In this document: piece after piece, positions 20,417-29,397 of the stretch | Numbering within the stretch: the stretch's first letter is position 1 | Layout of the letters: the number at the start of each line of letters is the position of its first letter | Source: an uncultured virus (IMG/VR IMGVR_UViG_3300031851_000008) | Lineage: Duplodnaviria > Heunggongvirae > Uroviricota > Caudoviricetes | IMG/VR virus record: IMGVR_UViG_3300031851_000008 | DNA length: 64,000 nucleotides | Strand: one strand, 5' to 3' | Program-made: the position numbers and the translations under genes | The notes under the pieces: model-generated | Databases searched by the model: none | Seen by the model: the letters and a program-made list of their open reading frames with translations, nothing else | Told to the model about the DNA's origin: nothing

Positions 20417-20760
20417 CAGTATTTGAATCTAAAACATATGTTGTTGATATTGATGGTGTAATTGCTGAGCAGGACAGTCTATGTAAGACATGTAAGTATG
20501 AGGCATCTTCTCCAATCACAAAAAATATTGAAGCAGTAAATAAACTTTATGATGAAGGTCATTATATTAAATACTTTACTGCAAGAGGTATGGGGACATA
20601 CAAGGGAAATGCTACTCTTGCTGGTCATCGTTGGGAAGAACTTACCAAGTGTCAGTTAAAGATGTGGGGATGTAAGTATCACGAACTTATTATGGGTAAA
20701 CCCTCTGCTGATTACTACATAGATGATAAAGCGGTTAATTCTAATGACTTCTTCAATTAA
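20413..20760 (+). CDS. Small HAD-superfamily phosphatase
   Basis: DIDG, FTARG, GKP...YIDDKA motifs. Confidence 0.8.
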   Translation: MTVFESKTYVVDIDGVIAEQDSLCKTCKYEASSPITKNIEAVNKLYDEGHYIKYFTARGMGTYKGNATLAGHRWEELTKCQLKMWGCKYHELIMGKPSADYYIDDKAVNSNDFFN

Positions 20761-21097
20761 ATATGTTCCTAAGGGTTGGGGATATGAGAAGTGGATTTGT
20801 AATACCGAAGATTATTGTGGCAAACTTTTATTCTTTAAGAAAGGTTTTAGATGCTCTTGGCATTATCATAAAGTGAAGGATGAAACATTTTATCTTCAAA
20901 GTGGATTGTTATCTGTGTATCATGGATGGGATAATGATCTAGCAACTGCTGATCTACTTGTCTTAGAACCTGGAGATAAATTTCATATCCCAGTTGGATT
21001 GAAGCATCAAATGGTTGCATTAGAAGATTCAGAACTATTTGAATTCTCTACTGAACATTTTGATTCTGATAGTTATAGAATTATTAAAGGTGATTAA
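20744..21097 (+). CDS. Cupin-fold sugar isomerase-like protein
   Basis: KGWGYEKW, SWHYH..KDETF, HIP.G..HQM, EFST.H. Confidence 0.75.
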   Translation: MTSSIKYVPKGWGYEKWICNTEDYCGKLLFFKKGFRCSWHYHKVKDETFYLQSGLLSVYHGWDNDLATADLLVLEPGDKFHIPVGLKHQMVALEDSELFEFSTEHFDSDSYRIIKGD

Positions 21098-21711
21098 TGT
21101 ACGATATTGACTTGACAAGACCTTTTGGTCCATACATTTTAGAATGCATGTGTCCTGATAATGTTCTCAGGAAGTTTAATACTTTTGTTGATGATATGAA
21201 TCAGGAGACTAAAGATATTTGCTCTTCCAAGTACAGTAAGGTTGAGGGTTTTCCTGACTTGTTGTCTAGAGGATTTGAAATTATATACATGACTGGTCAA
21301 CAACTGGATGATATTGGATTTACAAAGTTTATCGCTGGTGCTGCGGTAGAGTATTTAAAAGTACATAATGTTGACAGCGCACAAGTATACTTTAATACCT
21401 CTCAGTTTTCTGATTTATTTGTTGATGCCTGGGTAAATAGATACTATGAAAATAATTATACCCCTCCACATGACCATGCAGGGCATATATCGGGGATTAC
21501 TATTTTAGATTTGCCAAAGGAATCTGACTGGTATGATTTACATTCTTTGGAATTTATTTGGAACAATGAGCATCACAGACCAGAACAAGTTAATGGTAAA
21601 ACATTTTTGTTTGATAGTAAACTGATGCATTGGGTGGTCAAACAAAAATGTATTTCAGAGCGTAGAACAGTTAGTTTTAATTTACTTGTAGATATTCCTC
21701 AACAGTCTTAA
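21097..21711 (+). CDS. Putative 2OG-Fe(II) oxygenase
   Basis: AWVN...PPHDH...ISG...F.S.L.H.V...RRTVSFN. Confidence 0.7.
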   Translation: MYDIDLTRPFGPYILECMCPDNVLRKFNTFVDDMNQETKDICSSKYSKVEGFPDLLSRGFEIIYMTGQQLDDIGFTKFIAGAAVEYLKVHNVDSAQVYFNTSQFSDLFVDAWVNRYYENNYTPPHDHAGHISGITILDLPKESDWYDLHSLEFIWNNEHHRPEQVNGKTFLFDSKLMHWVVKQKCISERRTVSFNLLVDIPQQS

Positions 21712-22480
21712 ATTTATATTGTCCTGCCCATGACATATCTGCACATGTGTAGGACTGATATTTGCCCTTCAAGTGATCAGGAAATGGGATGGTATTAATT
21801 TTGCCACCCTCTTTTTTTGTTACCAGTTCTGCAATGTGCTGGAATGATACTGGAGATCCAGTGCCGAGATCATAAATGCCACTACCTGCATTGTTGTGCA
21901 GAACAATATCTACAACATCATCTACACATATAAAATCTCTTAGGAATTTATTAGATCCACTAAATAAATTTAATTCTCCAGTTTCTTTAACTTCTTTAGT
22001 GAATTTACTTACTGGACTTGCTTGATTGCCTTTACCTTCTTCTCCACTTCCATACACATTAAAGTATCTGAATCCTTGAACTAAGGAGAACTGATCTATG
22101 TTATCCATAACAGTATAATCTATCTGCAACTTTGAGATTGCATATTGATTGAGAGGATTGTAGGTTTTAGATTTTTGATATACGCTTTGATTCCCATAGA
22201 CTGATGCGGACGATGCATACTTAATTGGGAACTCATATACAATCGCTTTATTTAAGAGAGCACATGAGAATCCTACATTAAAGTGCCACAATTTTTGTAA
22301 ATCTTTTTCTGTAGTAGAAGATATTGCACCTTGATGAATAACTAGATCTACTTTATTCCACTCGTCAAAATCTCTAAATAGTCTCCAAGCATCTTCTTGG
22401 TCTACTAACATTACATCATCTTTTAGTCTCTCTGCAAAATGTCTACCAATGAATCCAGAGGACCCAGTTAAAATGATCAT
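21677..22480 (-). CDS. hldD: ADP-L-glycero-D-manno-heptose 6-epimerase-like
   Basis: TGSSGFIG, HQGAISSTTE, YASSASVYG, PLNQYAISK, FRYFNVYG, RDFICVDD, GKYQSYTCAD. Confidence 0.85.
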   Translation of the reverse strand: MIILTGSSGFIGRHFAERLKDDVMLVDQEDAWRLFRDFDEWNKVDLVIHQGAISSTTEKDLQKLWHFNVGFSCALLNKAIVYEFPIKYASSASVYGNQSVYQKSKTYNPLNQYAISKLQIDYTVMDNIDQFSLVQGFRYFNVYGSGEEGKGNQASPVSKFTKEVKETGELNLFSGSNKFLRDFICVDDVVDIVLHNNAGSGIYDLGTGSPVSFQHIAELVTKKEGGKINTIPFPDHLKGKYQSYTCADMSWAGQYKFKTVEEYLQVN

Positions 22481-22505
22481 GTCTTTTTGTTTAATATTAT
22501 ATCAA

Positions 22506-22512
22506 ATAAATA
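22506..22512 (+). promoter_or_regulatory. Late promoter (ATAAATA)
   Basis: Upstream of the structural gene at 22546. Confidence 0.65.
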
Positions 22513-22545
22513 ATATTACTGCAATAACTTTCAGGATATAACGCG

Positions 22546-24126
22546 ATGGCTTCTGGATCATTAGCAATAATAACACCATCCTTAGCGGGAAAAAACGAAG
22601 TATTGTACACCGCTCCCGCTGGCAAGTTGGTTGAAAGTAAAGTATATATAACGAATCAAACCAGTAGTGAAATTAAGTTTCGCGTAGGACTCTCTACGGG
22701 TACTGCATCTGACTTTGATGTCACTAAGGGGTATATTGTATTTGATAGGATGCTTGCTCCTAATGAATACTTTGAGTCTGATACTATATATTTTGCTGAT
22801 GGTGAGAGTGTAATTGTACGTGCTGATCATACTAGCGTAACGTTTACTCTTCTCGGCACAGAGACTGAGGATAGAGAGGATGCTGGATTCCTTGCACAAG
22901 GATTCTCTGCGGCAAATGCCAACAACAGTACCTTACTATTCACTATTCCTACAGACTATAAGCAGTTCAAAGGTAATCTGTTTGTTTGTAATAGAGGATC
23001 ATTCGATACTAAGGTCAGAGTTGGTCTTGGAACAACTGCAACAGACTATCTTGAGTACAATTACATTGTAGAGCGGGGATCTACTCACTCTAGAGTTGAT
23101 TTAAGAGCATCTGGTGGAGATGTTATCTACATCAGATCTTCTGAGCCGATGGTAAACTTTGTTCTCAGCGGATTTTATGAGAACTTTACTGCCTTTAGTG
23201 GAGACGTTGGCATTGGCGCGACACTGCAATCTCAAGATGCTTATGTGAAGGGAGCAGTATCTATTGGTGTTACTAGTCCTGCAGGCAAGTCTCTGAAGGT
23301 AGTTGGTAGTACAGAACTTACTGATGTTAATATAACTGATGACCTTACTGTTCAGCAGAACCTTGGGGTTATTGGGGTATCTACGTTTACAGGTACAGTA
23401 ACCTTCCAAGGTGGTACAGTTAACACTGGTGTTGGTACTGAGAACGCAGTTGTTCTTGATGCTAATGTTAACTCTAACGTTACTCCTGGCACAACTAATT
23501 CATTTGATTTAGGTCAAGACGGTAAGAAGTGGAGATACGTTTACTCCGCCGATACTATTATAGGAAATCAAATTGATCTGAGTAATGGTACTAGTGGTAT
23601 TGCAACCATCGGTCGTGTGGGTACTGGAGCCACTCAAACTCAGGTTATAATTGGTGCAGCAACCACTGCTGTTATGGCAGGTGGTAACATTGCAGCGAAT
23701 GGTGATCTGCTTATTAAGGGTCAAATTGGTGTTGGTACAGTTACAACTCCTCAACTTAGAGGTAATACCGTAACAGGTGACCTTGAGGTATGGAACTCAT
23801 CTCTTACCCGATGGATGCCTGCTCTTGGTGTTGATAAAAACTTCAGAACACTGAGTAATAATACAACTATTGATTCATTCACTACAGTTTTTGCTGACAT
23901 GTCTGGTGGAACCTGGACTTTAACCTTGCCATCATCTCCTACTCAAGGAGATAAGGTTAGGATTATTGATTATAAGAAGGCTGCTGACGCCAATACCTTG
24001 ACCGTTAATAGAAATGGTAGTAATATTATGGGAGATGCTTCTGATCTCACAGTAGAGACTGAAGGAGCATCTTTTGAATTAATTTACACTGATGCATCCA
24101 ACGGGTGGATCGTATTCGGAATCTAA
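22546..24126 (+). CDS. Virion structural / fibre-like protein with gp9/gp10-like C-terminal domain
   Basis: Duplicated N-terminal beta domain; GVSTF, DLG...K.W repeats; C-terminus closely resembles that of 4717..8532. Confidence 0.7.
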   Translation: MASGSLAIITPSLAGKNEVLYTAPAGKLVESKVYITNQTSSEIKFRVGLSTGTASDFDVTKGYIVFDRMLAPNEYFESDTIYFADGESVIVRADHTSVTFTLLGTETEDREDAGFLAQGFSAANANNSTLLFTIPTDYKQFKGNLFVCNRGSFDTKVRVGLGTTATDYLEYNYIVERGSTHSRVDLRASGGDVIYIRSSEPMVNFVLSGFYENFTAFSGDVGIGATLQSQDAYVKGAVSIGVTSPAGKSLKVVGSTELTDVNITDDLTVQQNLGVIGVSTFTGTVTFQGGTVNTGVGTENAVVLDANVNSNVTPGTTNSFDLGQDGKKWRYVYSADTIIGNQIDLSNGTSGIATIGRVGTGATQTQVIIGAATTAVMAGGNIAANGDLLIKGQIGVGTVTTPQLRGNTVTGDLEVWNSSLTRWMPALGVDKNFRTLSNNTTIDSFTTVFADMSGGTWTLTLPSSPTQGDKVRIIDYKKAADANTLTVNRNGSNIMGDASDLTVETEGASFELIYTDASNGWIVFGI

Positions 24127-24133
24127 TTTTACT

Positions 24134-24367
24134 ATGTTCACTGTTTATTCCAAAGACTTTTGTCCTTACTGCACAAAGGTCGAGCAAGTCATGCAACTTG
24201 CTGAAGTAAAGTATGTTGTATATAAACTTGATCGTGATTATGATCGGCAAGAATTCTACGAGAAGTTTGGTAGAGGAACTACGTTCCCACAAGTTCTCGT
24301 AGATGATAAGACTATTGGTGGATGTACTGAGACTGTAAAGTATCTCCGAGAACAAAAACTTGTCTAG
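24134..24367 (+). CDS. nrdC: Glutaredoxin
   Basis: CPYC, TFPQV, IGG motifs. Confidence 0.85.
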   Translation: MFTVYSKDFCPYCTKVEQVMQLAEVKYVVYKLDRDYDRQEFYEKFGRGTTFPQVLVDDKTIGGCTETVKYLREQKLV

Positions 24368-25014
24368 GCAAGGTCAAATAAGAAGTTGTTGATATATTTT
24401 CTAGCAAATTCCTTTGTATAGTATGACTTTATAATTCCGTATGCAGGATCTGTGTATGATAGGTGGTGATCATAACCTTTTTGGAAGATGTGAGCAGTAT
24501 GATTTTGCTCACATTTTTTTATGCATTCTTTATATCTTGTGAGATATAAATCTAATTTATCTATGTACTCTCCATAAAAATCTTGTTGATCTGATTTGAT
24601 CCAGAGTTTTTTTGAGAAGTATGTATCTAAATCATAAATTTTTGATTTATTTTTTATTCTATCTTGTTGATCTCCTAGGTATGGTATGATATACTTTTCT
24701 TGATAATTATTGCCACCCTTTAGTGGGTGAAAATCAATTGTACCAAAATATTTTACGCTACCACATTTTACATATTCCGTTCCAAATATTGGCGCTTCAT
24801 ATTGGAAGTCTGGATATATAACAAGAGACTCGGCAATAAACTTTCCAGATATGTGCAACTCACAAAGTCTTATTCTGCGGAGACGATCAGTCCTCCATAC
24901 ATATGATTTTATACAAGATTTCTTATCTTCTATGGTAGGGGATAACCAATTAGGAAGTTCGACAGGAGTTAGGTCACCATATATCTCAAATAATTTATCC
25001 CTTACTTCCATCAC
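24364..25014 (-). CDS. Divergent ferredoxin-dependent bilin reductase (PebA/PebS-like)
   Basis: VIYP...PIFG.E, DFHPL, YFSK, YD..L...DPA.G....Y....A..Y...FLF. Confidence 0.7.
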   Translation of the reverse strand: MMEVRDKLFEIYGDLTPVELPNWLSPTIEDKKSCIKSYVWRTDRLRRIRLCELHISGKFIAESLVIYPDFQYEAPIFGTEYVKCGSVKYFGTIDFHPLKGGNNYQEKYIIPYLGDQQDRIKNKSKIYDLDTYFSKKLWIKSDQQDFYGEYIDKLDLYLTRYKECIKKCEQNHTAHIFQKGYDHHLSYTDPAYGIIKSYYTKEFARKYINNFLFDLA

Positions 25015-25039
25015 AAGTATTCAATAATAGGTATTTAGT

Positions 25040-26695
25040 ATGAAAATAATGAGTATAAGTAGTAGCCATGATGCATCACTATGTGTCGTAAAGGATGGTG
25101 TGGTTGATACTTATTTTAAGTCTGAGAGATATACTAAAGTAAAACATGACAACAATTATGATGTATTGATAGAGGTAGCAAGGAAAAATAATTTATTTTA
25201 TGATCTTGATTACTTACTTTTTTCTAATGGTGAATCTAAAGAGGTAAAGATTAGACAAGATTATGAACTTCTGAGTTATGCACCAAGTTGTACTATGGTG
25301 GAACCTGAAGGTCATCATCATTTATTTCATGCAGCACATGCTTTTTATGCTAGTGGGTTTAAAAAATCTTTAGTGATAACTATTGATTCTGCGGGAGCTT
25401 TTCTTAGAGGTGTGGATAATAAACCCGTAGAGGCATATGAATGCACTAGTGTTTATGAGGTTTCATATCCACATAGATTTAAACCATTATATAAAAGATA
25501 CATGTCTAAACTTGATGATAATACTAGTGTATGCATGAAGACGAAGCAGGATGTTGATTTTGAGATGCATAAAATTTATCATGGACTAATAGATATTGGT
25601 AATCTTTATAATTGTGCTGCAATAGCGATAGGATCTGACCCAGATAATTGTGGCAAGGCAATGGGACTGTCTTCATATGGTAAATCAATTCCAAACTTTA
25701 ACTTGAGGGGTGAGGATGTTTATAAGAATATAAAACAATACTTTAAGGACTATCCTAAACTGTTGAGACAACTGTTTACAGAGGCATATGATTCATCCAG
25801 TATGTTACAAATGACTGAGGATAATTATCAACCATTTGCTAATTTTTGTCATGAAGTTCAACGCCAGTGTCAAGAGCAAGTCATAGACATTGTTGATAAG
25901 TATGTCTCCCTTACTGGTATAAAAAATGTTTGTATCAGTGGTGGATATGCTATGAATATCATCACCAATTATGAGTTGTTGCAAAAATATCCTGATATAA
26001 ATTTTTATTTTGATCCTGTATGTGATGATAGCAATTTGTCAATTGGTACTTGCTTATATACATATCGATGCAAAACTAAAGACATGAAGATTTATCCTGA
26101 AGTAACTACGAGTTATCATGGAGTTCTTCATCATGCCCCAGTTGCACACAAAGACTGTAAAGTCATTAGAGCATCGATAAAAGATGTTGCTATACTCTTA
26201 TCTAAGAATCGATCTGTAGCGGTCTTCTACGGGCAGGCAGAGGCGGGTCAGAGGGCATTGGGAAATAGATCTATACTATTCAATGCTCTTAATCCAGAGG
26301 CAAAGGACATAGTGAACAAGATAAAGAAGAGGGAGTGGTATAGACCCTTTGCTGCTATGGTTCTAGAGTCTGATGCTCACTTATACTTTGACAATGTAAT
26401 TCCAAATCCACACATGACATCTTGCTTTCCTGTGATATCTGATATAATTCCTGGTGTAACTCATGTTGATGGTACTTGTAGAATTCAAACCGTAAATTCA
26501 GATCATTTCTTACATGACCTTCTCCTAGAGTTTAAAAATATAACAGGGCATGGTATCTTACTAAACACAAGTTTTAATTTAGCAGGTGAACCTTTGGTAG
26601 AAGCGCCAGAGGATGCTCTGAATACATTATGCTCCTCTTTGCTCGATTACTTATGGTTTTTTGAGAATAAGAGGTTGTTTAAATCCAATCTTTGA
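25040..26695 (+). CDS. Carbamoyltransferase (NodU/CmcH family), third copy, full length
   Basis: HHLFHA, GKAMGLSSYG, RALGNRS, KKREWYRPFA, HVDGTCRIQTV, LNTSFN. Confidence 0.9.
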   Translation: MKIMSISSSHDASLCVVKDGVVDTYFKSERYTKVKHDNNYDVLIEVARKNNLFYDLDYLLFSNGESKEVKIRQDYELLSYAPSCTMVEPEGHHHLFHAAHAFYASGFKKSLVITIDSAGAFLRGVDNKPVEAYECTSVYEVSYPHRFKPLYKRYMSKLDDNTSVCMKTKQDVDFEMHKIYHGLIDIGNLYNCAAIAIGSDPDNCGKAMGLSSYGKSIPNFNLRGEDVYKNIKQYFKDYPKLLRQLFTEAYDSSSMLQMTEDNYQPFANFCHEVQRQCQEQVIDIVDKYVSLTGIKNVCISGGYAMNIITNYELLQKYPDINFYFDPVCDDSNLSIGTCLYTYRCKTKDMKIYPEVTTSYHGVLHHAPVAHKDCKVIRASIKDVAILLSKNRSVAVFYGQAEAGQRALGNRSILFNALNPEAKDIVNKIKKREWYRPFAAMVLESDAHLYFDNVIPNPHMTSCFPVISDIIPGVTHVDGTCRIQTVNSDHFLHDLLLEFKNITGHGILLNTSFNLAGEPLVEAPEDALNTLCSSLLDYLWFFENKRLFKSNL

Positions 26696-26703
26696 TATAT
26701 AAT
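26675..26703 (+). promoter_or_regulatory. sigma70-type early promoter
   Basis: TTGTTT-17 bp-TATAAT. Confidence 0.5.
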
Positions 26704-26709
26704 TTTACA

Positions 26710-27090
26710 ATGGTTTCTGCACTAATGGAAGAGGACGTTGAGTTTGTTACACTCTACTACGACGTAGAGAAAGCAATCGATTTTGCCTTTGAAGGTAAGT
26801 TTGTACTTAAAATGTATGACTATCTAAAAATATATAATGCAAAACGCCGACATGCTGATGATTTTATCGAAAGTAAAACGGCAGCAGAAATTAATTTGTT
26901 GATTCTGGATCTTGAAGGATATCTTCAGGGTGGTCAAGACGATACTCACAAGCAATTGCGAGAAGGTTACGGTCACATTCCAAAACCACAAGCAAGAAAA
27001 ATAAAAGAATATCTTTATGGTATTCTTGAAGACGCTTGGAGATACAGCAATGACAAAAAACCAGGAAGAAGGAAAAAGTTATCTAAATAA
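26710..27090 (+). CDS. Conserved cyanophage hypothetical protein
   Basis: VEKAIDFAFEGKF...KQLREGYGHIPKPQARKIK; start could instead be 26725. Confidence 0.7.
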   Translation: MVSALMEEDVEFVTLYYDVEKAIDFAFEGKFVLKMYDYLKIYNAKRRHADDFIESKTAAEINLLILDLEGYLQGGQDDTHKQLREGYGHIPKPQARKIKEYLYGILEDAWRYSNDKKPGRRKKLSK

Positions 27091-27265
27091 ACCAGAAGAA
27101 TCTTCTGAAATTAATAGAGGATTTGAGTTAATGTTGCGGCACCGCAGCAGGAGGGATGTGCCAGAACCTAAAACATTTGGGTTGAAGTTTGGCAAGATTA
27201 TCTCTCTTCTTAAGCGGGAGATACAGTTTAATTTTGAATTAAGTTTTACGATTAGTAAAAGGTAG
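27050..27265 (+). CDS. Hypothetical protein
   Basis: Open frame; start uncertain (27050 or 27131, with CTAAATA at 27083-27089). Confidence 0.5.
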   Translation: MTKNQEEGKSYLNKPEESSEINRGFELMLRHRSRRDVPEPKTFGLKFGKIISLLKREIQFNFELSFTISKR

Positions 27266-27282
27266 TATCAGGAGTTAGACCA

Positions 27283-27510
27283 ATGTTAGCTATAGCACTT
27301 ACTTTTTCCGCCTTGTTTTGCATAATCTCTTTAATTGTGGGTGGATTAGTTGGATGGTTTGTACGTTCTTACGTATATGAAAGCGCTCCAAATATAGTCT
27401 ACACACATCCAGAGATGTTTGACGAAAATGGGAATATACTTCCCGATGAAATTTTAGCTTTGAGGATTGAACACACTGATGGCACAGAAGAGTACGACGA
27501 CGAAGAGTAG
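27283..27510 (+). CDS. Small membrane-anchored conserved hypothetical protein
   Basis: N-terminal hydrophobic helix, HPEMFDENG motif, AGGAG SD. Confidence 0.7.
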   Translation: MLAIALTFSALFCIISLIVGGLVGWFVRSYVYESAPNIVYTHPEMFDENGNILPDEILALRIEHTDGTEEYDDEE

Positions 27511-28045
27511 TAACCCTATTCCTGAATTACAACCAAATCCATTTCAACATGAGATTCTTGAATTAGTAGTCAAGCAAAGATCTACTGCAAAAAAGGTAGA
27601 AGTTTTGCAAAAGTATCGCAATGAGGGATTGGTTGCCCTCTTTATTTGGAACTTTGACGATACCGCAATCTCTGCTCTCCCGCCTGGAGAAGTACCATAT
27701 TCTAGAGTAGAGGAACAATCAGCAGCAAACGAGTCTTTGTCAGCATCTTTAGAAAAATTAAATACTGTCGAAGGATTGTCTAAAATGAATGAGGTTGTTA
27801 GACAAAGAGCAACTTCCATTCGTAAAGAGTGGCAAAATTTTTATAATTATCTTCAGGGTGGTAATCCCTCTCTGACTAGTCTTCGTAGAGAAACCATGTT
27901 CATTCAAATGCTTGAAGGACTTCATCCTAGAGAAGCAGAGATCATGGTTTTAGTTAAAGATAAAAAATTGCAAACCAAATATAAGATTACACGGGCTGCT
28001 ATTGCTGAAGCATATTCAGATATTAATTGGGGAGGAAGATCTTAA
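27479..28045 (+). CDS. Conserved T4-like hypothetical protein (DUF6433-like)
   Basis: LPPGEVPY, RRETMFIQMLEGLHP.EAE motifs. Confidence 0.7.
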   Translation: MAQKSTTTKSSNPIPELQPNPFQHEILELVVKQRSTAKKVEVLQKYRNEGLVALFIWNFDDTAISALPPGEVPYSRVEEQSAANESLSASLEKLNTVEGLSKMNEVVRQRATSIRKEWQNFYNYLQGGNPSLTSLRRETMFIQMLEGLHPREAEIMVLVKDKKLQTKYKITRAAIAEAYSDINWGGRS

Positions 28046-28302
28046 TGGGAAAAGGTTGTAGAATTATCCAAAAGGAATGTGATCCTACTGCTGCTGAAGA
28101 CAAAACACTTCCAACAAATGCTTTTTTGGTTGAGTATCTTCAAGACGGTATAACAAAATTTGATATTGTCACTGCTGCAGGGCGTGTAGATATCTTTGAT
28201 GAATACTATGATAAGTATCGTAAAGATCTTTTGAATATGACTCAAACTGAGGGTAGAATTAGTCCTAAACTGTGGAACAACCCAGCAGATAAAAAGAAGT
28301 AG
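28045..28302 (+). CDS. Conserved hypothetical protein
   Basis: TAATG coupling; DIFDEYYDKY...GRISPKLW. Confidence 0.7.
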   Translation: MGKGCRIIQKECDPTAAEDKTLPTNAFLVEYLQDGITKFDIVTAAGRVDIFDEYYDKYRKDLLNMTQTEGRISPKLWNNPADKKK

Positions 28303-28311
28303 GTGATCAAC

Positions 28312-28524
28312 ATGTCAAATGGATTTGGTCAAGGCGTTGGTGATGGTAAAGCCAAAGTTATTATTCAAAAAGAAGAAATCGAAAAACTAATTAAAGAATA
28401 TAAACATCTCAAAAAGTATATGAAGTCTCCTCTGTATGAGATAAAAAATCTCTCTGGCACTGAGACTCGTGTTAAAGATTTGCTCGATAATTACGGCGGA
28501 GAAGAAGATGCTACTAATACATAA
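28312..28524 (+). CDS. Hypothetical protein
   Basis: Open frame following 28302; AGG upstream. Confidence 0.6.
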   Translation: MSNGFGQGVGDGKAKVIIQKEEIEKLIKEYKHLKKYMKSPLYEIKNLSGTETRVKDLLDNYGGEEDATNT

Positions 28525-28645
28525 ATTCTTCATTTTTATTGACCCTGCTTTAGTTGGATCGATTATGGGGGGTCTCCTATTAGTTCCTTTTATGTACTAT
28601 ATTTACGATGTTGAGAAAAATCCTGACAAGTATAAGGAGCATTGA
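28508..28645 (+). CDS. 45-aa single-pass membrane protein (not in ORF track)
   Basis: MLLIHKFFIFIDPALVGSIMGGLLLVPFMYYIYDVEKNPDKYKEH; GGAG upstream; fills the gap exactly. Confidence 0.5.
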   Translation: MLLIHKFFIFIDPALVGSIMGGLLLVPFMYYIYDVEKNPDKYKEH

Positions 28646-28670
28646 CAATGCTCTTTGACTTGTTTATAAT
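28642..28670 (+). promoter_or_regulatory. sigma70 consensus early promoter
   Basis: TTGACA-17 bp-TATAAT, a perfect match. Confidence 0.85.
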
Positions 28671-28696
28671 GTACCGTATGAAAATGTTTTTTTATT

Positions 28697-28891
28697 ATGA
28701 CATATAAACCCTACAGTCCTGAGTGGCATAGGTTTAGATATTTAAAAGAAGCACTGGATAAGTATCTGGATGAAGATATTGATAACCAGGTCATTTTGAA
28801 TGATATTCTAAATATTGTGTGCGAACGTCAAGAGACTGCACATAAAGAGTTTACCAAACTTTCTGATCTAGAATCAAAACTACGAGAGTAA
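28697..28891 (+). CDS. Conserved hypothetical protein
   Basis: YKPYSPEWHR start; directly follows the early promoter. Confidence 0.65.
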   Translation: MTYKPYSPEWHRFRYLKEALDKYLDEDIDNQVILNDILNIVCERQETAHKEFTKLSDLESKLRE

Positions 28892-28892
28892 T

Positions 28893-29207
28893 ATGTTATC
28901 TACGAAATACAGACTAAGACTAGAATTTATCTGTAAGAAGATTGCTAACAAGGAAGAAGTAAAACTAGATGATATGATCTGGGCAGAGAAACTAGCAAAG
29001 GCACACACACTTGCTAGGGATTGGTTGAAGCAAGCACGACGCCAAGCTGCTCAAGATATTGAGGAAGGTAGTACCGATGATTTTCTGAATAGGATGGGTT
29101 TAGGTGACCCCGATCCATCCAATCATAAAACAGGGTTCACTAGTGCTGATGACATCAAAGATTGGTTCCAACGAGACAAACCAGATGACTGGAGACAACG
29201 TGACTGA
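28893..29207 (+). CDS. Conserved cyanophage hypothetical protein
   Basis: MLSTKYRLRLE...GLGDPDPSNH...DWRQRD. Confidence 0.75.
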   Translation: MLSTKYRLRLEFICKKIANKEEVKLDDMIWAEKLAKAHTLARDWLKQARRQAAQDIEEGSTDDFLNRMGLGDPDPSNHKTGFTSADDIKDWFQRDKPDDWRQRD

Positions 29208-29397
29208 AAAACGACGGGAAGAAACTAACAATGCAATTACTAGTAACCTTGTAGATGATAGTTCTAAATTTGCACTTCAGATACAACTAGATAATATATG
29301 CAGAATATTGGGTGGTGAAGCAACTCATTATATTTGCACCGATAAAAAGACTCAACATCAAAAAATTGTAATTGAATACGATCACAAAAACAAATGA
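29200..29397 (+). CDS. Hypothetical protein
   Basis: GTG start with GGAG SD; stop overlaps the next start. Confidence 0.55.
   Translation: MTEKRREETNNAITSNLVDDSSKFALQIQLDNICRILGGEATHYICTDKKTQHQKIVIEYDHKNK

Noticed and set aside
21677..21711. Convergent 3' overlaps (also 24364-24367 and 55771-55841) as antisense regulation
   Set aside because: Short tail-to-tail overlaps are expected in compact phage genomes; no further evidence.
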